From Octopus sinensis (Eukaryota): a stretch of DNA of 64,000 nt. The notes below the pieces were generated by a model that searched no databases, was not told the origin of the DNA, and saw nothing but the letters and a program-made list of their open reading frames with translations. Made by a program: the position numbers and the translations under genes. Numbering within the stretch: position 1 is the first letter of the stretch; each line of letters begins with the position of its first letter. Below are positions 53,668 through 64,000 of the stretch, piece by piece. Where the stretch lies: NCBI RefSeq assembly GCF_006345805.1, contig NC_042999.1:80600001-80664000 (forward strand), in the 5' to 3' direction.

Positions 53668-54329
53668 AATTATATATATATATGCAAATTATATATATAT
53701 ATATACATACACACATACATACATACATACATGCATACATACACACATACATATATACATACATGTATATGTACATATATATGTGTATATAAATAGTATA
53801 TACAAAACGCGTCTCCAACCGACGACAGTTCTTTTTCTGTTCATATTTTTATTCTACTGGTCATGTAAGCACATACATATGCCATATATAAATGTGTGCA
53901 TGTGTGCGCGTGTGTGCGTATTAATTATAAGGATTGCTTAAGAATCGAGGTATATCAACATGGAAGACACCAGGAAATGGCCGGGTACAAATATTGGAAC
54001 TCACAGTGAAACAAGTTTGTTGACCTCAAGTATGTGTAGGATACTGTAGATACGTACGCAAGTACTAAATTCAATTTATGACCATCAAACCGACTCACGT
54101 GTGCATTCGTGTGTGGCATACGTATAAAATATTTAACACTAACAGCATTAAAAATTCGCGATAGGAGTTTCAACTAAATTTTGTTTAATATGTTCATGAA
54201 AGATTAAATAAGAATACACTATTCAATATCATCAGGTAAAATTTTAAGCATGCAGGACTTTAAACAGTCAACCAGGGCTTATCCAACAATTTTTTGCTAG
54301 CCCAACAAACGCCGGCGATGTCCAGAAGA

Positions 54330-54690
54330 CTATTCAAAGCAAGAACTCGTGCAAAACTGGGGCTTCATTCACGTAAGAGAATATGTATTTATTGGGACGG
54401 GAAGTGTCTAATCAAGTTCGAAATGCTTCAAATCAATTCCATGGTCAATGCACAGCTTTGAATTAGCAAACGCATTGGCTAAACGACGCAACCAGTTGAA
54501 ACAACCCAGTCGGTAACACGGCGTACATTTTCAACACGCTTCTCCCCACGTCACTAATTTGGCCAAGTGCTTTTTAGGAGCTTAGTTGGGGAAATTCTAC
54601 CCCACCCACCATATTTTCAAGGTATAACGCCTTTAAATTATTTCCTGTTTCGGTCCTCTTCAACAACCTGAAATTTTGGCAAAAAGTAGT
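54330..54690 (+). mobile_element. Highly decayed mariner catalytic-domain fragment
   Basis: KLGLHSRKRICIYWDGK..VNAQL..HGVHFQHASPHV..EILPHPPYFQGITPLNYFLFRS. Confidence 0.7.
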
Positions 54691-57629
54691 GGACGACCAA
54701 GGAGATTGGTTTATTGATATTTTTTTTTTTATTAAAAAATGTAAATGATAAAATTAATGATCGAATTTGTCTAACAACCCAATATATTACAAAGCTGATA
54801 TTTACAAACTGGGTGCCAACATACAGGCCGTGTATAAATGAGAATCCCTGTTTAACAACAGACTAACATTTGCAGCAGAACTTCTAAAATTCACTGTGTT
54901 CCACTAAATGTAACGCGAAATTTACCTCAGATATTTCCAATTAAATCATTGATTCAGTTAAACCATCTGATATATTTAACCCATAGATTATGAGCTATAA
55001 ACTTAATAATATTCCTAAAAGCTTGATACACCATCTGTAAAAATTGCTAGAATGCTATTCGATCGAAGTGGTCAATCATACTATTACATTACGCGTGTTA
55101 TCTATTTAATTTCATAAGTGCACACAAATATATTCACAGGAATAGAAACGTTTATGGCTCGCGGTTATCACGGAGAATAATATTAGCCATAAAATTTAGT
55201 TAATGTGCAAAATTTGCATAATTTGCATCTGGTTCATATACCATAATTCTGACCCGCAGGAGAAGATAGCGCATACTACAGACTATTGGTAACATTATGA
55301 TGTTTAATGATAAATGATAACAGTTTATTAAGTATAGACACACTGGCATCATAATTACTGTCTTTGATACAAATCATAGAATAATCATTTCTTGAAAATT
55401 ATGTTATTGAAAATTTAAAATTTAGAAAGTACTTTAGTTTTAGAGGATTGACTCATTTCATTAATTTTCGCTTCAAGGTTTCTTTAGAAGCGATATTTTA
55501 CTGAGAATACAAAAAATGAGATTAAATGTTTGACGTCATTCAAAACGCTGTAAAAAAAAAACAAAAAGAAAATCATATGCCGTAAGGATTTGAATCAGGA
55601 TAACATTACTATTCTCTGAATCTTCACAGACACCCCTCTTCCTCACTTTATTTTCACATCAAATAGACTCCTTGCCCATTAGAAACTCAACATCCTTTCA
55701 TAGATTTTACACTTAAAGCATTCCCAGATTTAATTACAAACTCACACAATGCAGGTATTGATGGAACGTATAAACTATTGCCCGTGGTAAGTAACTTTAT
55801 CAATCAACGTTCTCTTTTGTTGCTCCAAAAGGATTTTGTGTATAAAATACATAGAAAACAGAATTTAATCCCCTTTCTTGCGGCATTGTTTTAGAGACTA
55901 CACAATATAAATAAGTCCGCAGAATCTAAAGATGTCTTTTTAGTCAGCGATAAAATATTTCAAAGTAATTTTCTATTTCAGGCCAGTGGCAGATATAGCT
56001 TCGTTAAGCACGTTTCTTCATGGGCGAAGTGTTAACTCACACACTTTCACAATCTTTCATTTGCTCCACAAAACATCGTTTTCGCAGAGCTGTATGAACG
56101 ATCGCCAATGTAATTATTAACATCATTTTATATTCTATTTATTCGCGAACTCTTAGGGATAAAATAATTAGAGTTATGTTATTTTGTTTAATGAATACAG
56201 TGGAAGGTAAACGACAATTGGTGTTGTCGTTAGTTGTGTTGATTTGCTGGTGTCACTGCTGATACTTCACGTTGTTATTTTACTCATAATTTCTGCAAAT
56301 AAAATATAAAGAATAATAGGGTAGACTTAACAATATTTAGTAGACACTGCTTTTATCATCACACATATTTCCATATGCGAATATAAAAGTTTGGTTGTTC
56401 GCGGAAAATATTTATAATACGCGTGTCATTGCAATATTCACCATCATATTATAATAAGGTAATATTACAGCATTTTGTAAAATGTTAATCCCATATGAGT
56501 ACACTGGAATTTTCTTTAAACTAAAGAACATAGAGATAAATGCTCATTCTTTCATTTCGTATTTCAGATAGTGGATATTTGAAAAAGAGAAATTTCGGTT
56601 TACTAGTTGCCGATAGGAAACGATTAACTTTCAGTTGTGGAAATCGGAGAAGCCTTCATTTAACTAACACCACATGCTCATTAGTATGATTATTTTTCAT
56701 ACTCGTATTCTTTAAGGACACGTGGTGCTTCCTAACTGCGCTCCCAAATAATATCCGGTCATCTAATACCCAATGCGAAAATGATTGTTAAGATAAAATG
56801 AAAAGTTCTACAATACTTTGATGGTTTAAGTTGCTTCTGTGGTATGTTTTTACACCAAATAATTGAACTACCGAAAAGGTTTTTGTGTCGCATGGCAATC
56901 TAATTTGTCGATTAACATAGGATCAAATTGAAGGCGGATTATTGTGAAGGTCGTTTCACTTTAACGATCATAGAACATAAAAGTTTCTAATCGATGCAAA
57001 GTAGAGCTACTGAAGTATTTTGGGAGTAGATTATGTATAATGACTACAAAATATATTTATTTTACACGAAAACGAAATTTCTTGTCTGAAACAGTCACAT
57101 AAATGGTGTAATGAAATTGAAGAAAGACTTTGAAACTTCCGCTCTGCGAATTTATTTTCTTCAACAGCTATCTTTTTGGAGTGATAAGCTAATAAATACC
57201 CCTTTATTCTGTCTTTCCACATAGCCTATGCATAAACTAAAAACAAATACAGCATAAAGTTAAATTGGTATGGAGCTTTCTGAAAGATACGTATAGATTT
57301 CGCTAGTGGAAGCAAAACTCTTATTTAAAGGTTGATACTTTGGGATGAATCATTTGTGATTGTTTATAAAAGAGGCTAGAACGACAATGTTAAAATGTAT
57401 CTGAAGCAATGGACAACAGTCAAAATATCATAATGAATGGGTAAATAAGCATCCTTAAAGTGAAAAACGCATTGGTAGGTAAACAAAGGTACAAACAGAT
57501 AGAAGAAAGGGAAGGGAACATTACCTTTCAAGTAACTCAGGACAGGTAACAGTAAGTTTGCCAAAGTTTAATGCAGTTTACATATGGAGATTAAGATTGT
57601 TCGGTATTGGATATTCATCATGTACAGTG

Positions 57630-57985
57630 TTCCTAGTCAATTTAATCACCATGGCAGGAGTACAGTCGAAATAAATAAATAGATAAAATCCTTCCACTTT
57701 TATAAAAAAGATTAAAAAGTATGGCAAACCCTACAGACAAAAAACTATGTCCATTTAGGTCCATTAACATGGAATGCTGGGCAAAAAGTTTAGCGCATGA
57801 CCATCCTTGGGACAAAAATGTGTGTAAAGTTTGGTGAAAATCGGTTGAGAACTGTGGAAATGTATGCGTTCAATATGTCTAGCCAATTTAATCACCGTCA
57901 CTGAGGGACAGTGGAAATAAATAAATAGACAAAATCCTTTCACTTTTACAAAAAGTATAAAAAAGTATGGAAGATCCTAACAGAT
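57630..57985. repeat. ~110-bp diverged direct repeats
   Basis: ctag.caatttaatcacc..acagt.gaaataaataaataga.aaaatcctt.cactttta.aaaaag at ~57632 and ~57878. Confidence 0.75.
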
Positions 57986-59013
57986 TATAAAACAGCTGAT
58001 TAATGCAAACAAATAGCAATAATCTATTGTTGGCTTCCCATCGCTCCAGAGGCCCCAGTATCGATTTAAAAGATGTAGCCTAGGTTGAGGTCTGGTATAT
58101 GAAGTAGCTGTGTATGAAATTTTAAAGAAAACGGATGAAAGATGTAGAAGATATTGAGGTACATTAAATTATTATACACATACAGATAAACACACATACA
58201 CGGAGAGAAAACTTCAGTTTTATAGACATTATATATATGTGTGTGTGTGTATGGATGTGTGTCTGTGTGTGCGTTTGTGTGTCTGTTTTGGAAAATAATG
58301 TCCCAAATTTCAGAGACACATCAAGCTTAGGGCTTTTTGAAGTAAATTCTGAAGTTTCAATTAGAAATATAGTGAGGATAAAAAGAATACCGACTAAAAT
58401 GTTTTCGATTTACCTGCTAAATCTGATGGTTTTGATATATCAACGAAAAGAACTTATAATGATTACGTATGTTCAGTGTCAAAGTAGTCAACAAAAAATA
58501 TATAACCTCTGCAGTACTTTGACTCTAATCTCTTAGACGGGTATTTCGCTGCCAACGGAATATGATCTGAACTGGAGTAAAACATATTTTGCAACCTCCT
58601 TCGATAAATGTACTGAGACATACATACACGCAGAATAAACACATACTTTCATGTAGGCTTATCATATTCTATACAGAAGCACCTAAGAAGATATACACGT
58701 TCGTGTTTACAATTAGCGAAACACATAAAACTCTGCTTGTCAATGGATATCCCTATCTATAATTACGCTAAATGGAAAGTTTAAATCCTATAAACTAGAT
58801 CGTAATCAATAATCCTAGTTTCTATTCAAAATGCGCCTTGACATATAGACACCTGCAAATGTATAAGCAAAATAATTATCACATGAATAACCGTGTACAT
58901 ATAAATACACATTACACACACACATATCCATCTGCTGCTGTACATTTATATATATTGCGACAACAAAACCAAGGCTGCGTGGAATTTCCAGTACATTTAT
59001 AAAGATAAAGTTA

Positions 59014-59061
59014 GTCTAACAGCTGTTTCTGGGATATTAGGGATATCCCTTCATCAGAGAC
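59014..59061 (-). ncRNA. Minimal type I hammerhead ribozyme motif (family B, PLE pLTR), core intact
   Basis: Minus strand: gtct-CTGATGA-a-gggata tccctaa tatccc-a-GAAA-cagctg-T-T-agac; palindromic stem III ACAGCTGT; GUU triplet. Confidence 0.72.
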
Positions 59062-59316
59062 GATGTGAGATGATTAAATAGAGGAAAATATTAAAATTCA
59101 ATATGAGGAATTATTGTGGAAAAAGAAGCAAATAAGGAGTATACAGGGAAATAAGAGAATGAATGTAGAAATAAAAATAAAAATGTAGAAACATGTTATA
59201 GTTGCAGTTCCATTATTCGAGGAAACTGGTGTGTAGAAGTGGTAGAAATTCTTCCTGTCTGTGAATCTTTCTCAACAGCCTCCGATAAACGGAAACTTTC
59301 CCTCTAATATCAAAAT

Positions 59317-59793
59317 TTACATTGTAACAATTCTAGGGTCATCTTCCCTCTACAAATCCATTGCAGGAGGTCTAATGTAATTTATAAATGCACCGTCCTC
59401 AACATGTTACATAATTCTACAACCCTATATATAGGATCAACTATAACTTTTAAACAACGATACGCTGCGCATCTTAATTCTTTTAGATTCGACAAACACA
59501 GTAAATCCACAACAATTGCCAATCACACAGATTATCTCAAAAATAGAAATATTCCCTACATCTTGCCATGGCCCATAATAGATCCACGGCTTCCATACCA
59601 AGGTCAGCACTCAGCCTGTAAGCTGTGCCTAAAAGTGGCATATTAAAACACAACATATTAAAACACAACTATTCAATAAATATAACGAGGCTCTAGGTAC
59701 ATACAATAACCGCTTTTTCCATACCTTCAAATTTTACTACCAATCTAAATGCAACCTAAATAACAACACAGCGTATATCCCGAATATAACTTA
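59317..59793 (+). pseudogene. GIY-YIG endonuclease domain remnant of the Penelope-like ORF
   Basis: LHCNNSRVIFPLQIHCRRSNVIYKCTVLNMLHNSTTLYIGSTITFKQRYAAHLNSF..WPIIDPRLPY..CKLCLKVAY; after a frameshift, LFNKYNEALG. Shows the VIY..YIG, R and C-x2-C motifs of PLE GIY-YIG. Confidence 0.85.
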
Positions 59794-60861
59794 AGTAATC
59801 CCCAACAACCCTATTTGTCTTTCCATTAATTTTTTAACTCGCCAATCTTATTTTAATTGTTTAATACTACACATATGGACATGCATATGCGTACGTATGT
59901 GGATGTATGTGCTCATGTGTATGTGTATACATATATGTATCTGTGTGTGCTGCATGTGTACGTGTGTGCGCGAGTATGTGTGTGAACGTGTGCATGTATG
60001 TATGTATATGTGCGCACTTGTATGCGTATGTGTGTATATGTATGCATGTGCATATGATATGTGTGTGTAAGTGTATATATATGCATGCATGCGTACGGGT
60101 GTAAATACACAAATACGCAGGTCTATATACCAATGAGTACACACACATATAGGTACATGTGTGCGAGCGTATATCGATATACACTTCTTTCTTTCTCTCT
60201 GTTTCCTCTTCCGACACTATCACATTAGCTATTAGAATAAACACATAACTCTATTTATAGACACTTGACCACCTAACTCTATTTATAGAAACTTGACCAC
60301 TCTTAGTATTCTTTCCTTCCAATTTGTGGTTTACTACCAACTTTAGAAAACCCAACCTAATACTTTTTCTGTAACCATCCCTTAATGCCATTCTAACATA
60401 TCACTTCATCTCACTCACCTCACACATATACATTACTTACATCCTAATCTCTTCCTACCATCTCCTACCCGTCTCCAATCCCCTGATAATATCTTGACCA
60501 CGAACTAACACTCCTGTTTTCACATTTTTTACACTTCCTTACACATTTTAAATTTTCTCTTCTTGTTTACATTTTATTGTCCTCTTTCATTCCTTCTTCT
60601 TTTCTTACCTTGACCTCTCTCTTCATTTTAACATACACATCACTTCTCCTCTCTCTATCCACTTAATACTACCACTGCATTCTCAAATATTCATTCGCAC
60701 CACAAGACCCCTTTGAATGAACAGCACATGGAATCAACGTCTCCACACTTTCAATTTGTAATGTCAAAATATGAGCTCATTTTGGAATTTGCATGCCACG
60801 GAGAGGAAGCATTTTCTTGGATAATGGAACTGCAATTATAACATCTATATACATATTTATT

Positions 60862-61880
60862 GGCTCTTTTCCTTTTGATGGACGGAATTTTCTAGTTAAC
60901 TAAACAATTTGAAACTTCGTATACTGGTAGAATGTGTCAAAAGAAAACATTATTGCAAACAAAATTGAAAACAAAATTGTAATTTGTAAGTTTAACGTAG
61001 TTTAATTCGAATTTTAACCAATGAAATCCCAGCATTTGAGCTCAAATCATTTGCTGCGTCTAAAAACTCACACACACACGCCTTATTCAACCTTCTCTCT
61101 TCTGCCTTCTGTCTTCTGCATGTGCTAGATATAACAGCTATATCTCTTAAATCGATGAATTTCGTCGCCTAATACAAATATTAACGATGTTTTTTGAATA
61201 TTTTCTTTATTTTTTTTTACCGAAAAGGTTTCTCCCATGGTTTTGAAGGGCCAGAAACAACAAAAACAAAACAATAATATGCCTAAATCGGTCTAGAGAG
61301 TGCGCGTGGAGTGTGGGTCGTATTGTAAAAAACTTGTGAAATATTTTTTCATAAAAGGATGACCCAGCTTGTCGTAGGCTGTGATATAAATTGTCTATAT
61401 AATTTATAGACCCCGAAACGATGAAACATTGACCCCTCCTTCTGGTTTATTTACCTTTTGTGTAAATTTGTTGCGGCAAGGGGCAAAACACAGAGGGGAC
61501 AAATCATGAGATACAAAAGTATTAAGTCGATTACTATGTGCTTGGGCAAATGTATATGCATGTGTTTGAGAGAGAGAGAGAGAGATAGTGACAGAGTGTG
61601 TGTGTGTGTATGCGGCGTGCGTCTGCTATGTTTCTTTATCATTATCGATAACGCAGCAAATGATTTGAGCTCAAATGCTGGGATTTCATTGGTTAAAATT
61701 CGAAGCTGCTGGGAATTCATTGGTTAAAATTCGAAGAATTAAACTACGTTAAACTTACAAATTACAAATTTGTTTTCAATTTTGTTTACAATAATGTTTT
61801 CTTTTGACACATTCTACCAGTATACGAAGTTTCAAATTGTTTAGTTAACTAGAAAATTCCGTCCATCAAAAGGAAAAGAT
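60862..61880. mobile_element. Non-autonomous long-TIR DNA element (Mutator-like by architecture) with 10-bp TSD catatttatt
   Basis: TIRs 60865-61059 and 61651-61879 (the right one has a 31-bp internal duplication); catatttatt at 60852-60861 and 61881-61890. Confidence 0.8.
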
Positions 61881-62000
61881 CATATTTATTTTTTATTTCT
61901 ATATACATTTTCCTATTTCCCAATACACTCCTTAATTACATCCGATTCCAAAATATCTCTTTATATTGAATTCTAATATATCCCTTAACAATCTTACGTT

Positions 62001-62048
62001 GTCTTTGATGAAGGGATATGTCTAATATCCCAGAAACAGATGTAACGC
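62001..62048 (+). ncRNA. Degenerate hammerhead motif (family B, right pLTR)
   Basis: gtct-TTGATGA-a-gggata tgtctaa tatccc-a-GAAA-cagatg-T-A-acgc: C3 to U, stems I and III disrupted. Confidence 0.55.
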
Positions 62049-62527
62049 GAACTTTCACTTTATAAATATACTGAAAATTCCACAAAGCCTTGGGTTTGAT
62101 CTCTCATTCTATTTATCATATACATGCTCAAACAAAACCCGCATTAGACTCCTCACTTGTATCATTATCGAACCGAGTGTTTAACTACGGACCTTCCAGA
62201 GCACTTCCATAGCGTTTCCAGCCAATTTGGGTCTCCTGGATACCAATAACTCTCATTATATATTATTCCATTCTTTTACTTGTTTCAGCCATTTGACTGC
62301 GGCTATGCTGGAGTACTGCCTTTAGTCGAGCAAATCGAGCATATAATATATACATGCACATATATATATATACACATATATATGCACACATACATATATA
62401 CATATATATGTGCATGTATCTATATACTTATACCTATCTGTCTATCTACTTATCTCTCTCACTCTCATCCTCTCCCTCTTTCGACACACACACACAGAGA
62501 CACACACACGCACATGCACACGCACAC

Positions 62528-62589
<62 letters not shown>

Positions 62590-62990
62590 AGTAAATGGAT
62601 TATTTTTCAATTATATTACAACTAAAAGTTTGTCTGTCTCCGTGTTTCTAGGCAAAGTTTCAGCTTCATCTATTTAAGATGACCGATGAAAGTGAACGAA
62701 GAATAATGAAACTAATGAGTGGTGTTCGAATATACATTCGAAGTCTTCTAAGTCTTTCAATGTTTTCTCTTATCTATCTGTGCTGTAGAAAAGTCTATTC
62801 GGAAATATAAAGTACATTATTGGCAAATGAATTCTCTACCATTGGTCTACATATCTTGATATATGGTTTCCTACTAAACGTTTCTTTCCTGTTAACAAAA
62901 GAAAGAAAAATCAACATCATGTGGAATGTGTTGAATGATATATCCCGAAATTCAGTTTACGAAACTCATAGTTACACACAGGTACTCACA

Positions 62991-63057
<67 letters not shown>

Positions 63058-63152
63058 TAAACGCGCACCCCCCCCACACACGCAAACACAGACATGCACA
63101 CACATTCATATACATACATATATATCCTTTAAACAAATTAGCACTAAAAGAT

Positions 63153-63220
<68 letters not shown>

Positions 63221-63222
<2 letters not shown>

Positions 63223-63719
63223 ATAGAAATATTAAAATAACTAAGTCTCTCTAAAAGAGAACAGCGGCAGCGTTCCCGGAAAATAATAGTTATCGCCATA
63301 CTAATATGGCATTCTTATAAAAATAAGAAAAAAGCTGTCCGCTTATTAGCTCCATGAGGCCATCGCCTTAAGTTAGCTATTTGATACACAAATTGTATCC
63401 ATATAAACTTCGAACAAGGGAGGTCAGTCGCTCCACACTACTTGACCGGCAGCTACAGACGCGTTTCGGGGTATTGCCCCTTTTCAATGAAGCGTAGCCA
63501 GCCAGTAGGTGTCGCTTCCGACAATCTCTGTTCGATGGTTTTATTTACCTAGTTTCGGTGGAATACATCCACTTGTTTTCAATAATAGAAGTATTAAAAT
63601 AACTAAGTCTCTCTAAAAGAGAACAGCGGCAGCGTTCCCGGAAAATAATAGTTATCGCCATACTAATATGGCATTCTTATAAAAATAAGAAAAAAGCTGT
63701 CCGCTTATTAGCTCCATGA
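63221..63719 (-). mobile_element. 362-bp-period unit: 137-bp direct repeats (63221-63357, 63583-63719; 1 mismatch seen) around a degenerate hammerhead motif (family F)
   Basis: Minus 63452-63493: gcttca-TTGAAAA-gggg caata cccc-GAAA-cgcg-T-C-tgtagc. Confidence 0.6.
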
Positions 63720-63790
63720 CAGTATTCCAATCTAATCTTGTTTTCTCACACGTACACCGAGCTGTTTCACAGGCCGGCAATATTTAATCA

Positions 63791-63829
<39 letters not shown>

Positions 63830-64000
63830 GTCCCCTTGAATGTTGTTTAAGTAGGTAAAAGAAGAGTGTCCGTTCCTGGTGAACTTCAAGAAAGACGAAT
63901 CGCTTCTGTCGTTCTCGTGAATCACTGTCGTGAAGATGCTCGAATATATATATTTAGTTTCTAATACAAGTATAGGAAAAGAGTTTATCGCTGACAAATT

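Larger units (their letters stand above)
58964..62098 (+). mobile_element. 5'-truncated Penelope-like element with inverted pLTR-like arms (58964-~59262 minus; ~60795-62098 plus, interrupted)
   Basis: GIY-YIG remnant between the arms and an HHR motif in each arm. The arms align across the 60862-61880 insertion. Confidence 0.8.

Noticed and set aside
1762-63997. Dozens of ORFs rich in YI, CV, HT, LSIY, poly-N/I/Y/S/E/R
   Set aside because: They are translations of (TA)n, (TG)n, (TATC)n, (TAT)n and (GAA)n microsatellites, with no coding signal.
1-64000. CRISPR arrays, rRNA, operon-like prokaryotic systems
   Set aside because: No regularly spaced repeat-spacer arrays, no rRNA-like sequence and no dense ORF clusters. 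Composition is that of repeat-rich animal non-coding DNA.

Overview
AT-rich, microsatellite-dense eukaryotic DNA. The tRNA-derived SINE families resemble those I recall from Octopus, so a cephalopod origin is inferred, not verified. I could not support any host protein-coding gene, and almost all listed ORFs come from simple repeats or decayed transposons. The window is a transposon graveyard. It holds two near-full-length and several partial mariners, two rosa/maT-like Tc1/mariner relics, an R4/Dong-like RLE retrotransposon 3' fragment duplicated in tandem, CR1/L2-like and RTE-like fragments, about 20 SINE copies, foldback/MITE-like elements and a Penelope-like element (PLE) with a GIY-YIG remnant. 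The most notable signal is absent from the ORF track: 11 minimal type I hammerhead-ribozyme (HHR) motifs from six apparently unrelated sequence families. Three families occur as inverted repeats carrying one HHR per arm, on opposite strands: a perfect 128-bp palindrome at 17239-17366, a 136-bp inverted repeat pair at 51842-52402, and the PLE at 58964-62098. Five motifs have all core nucleotides intact. All alignments and folds were made by eye; boundaries of decayed elements are approximate.
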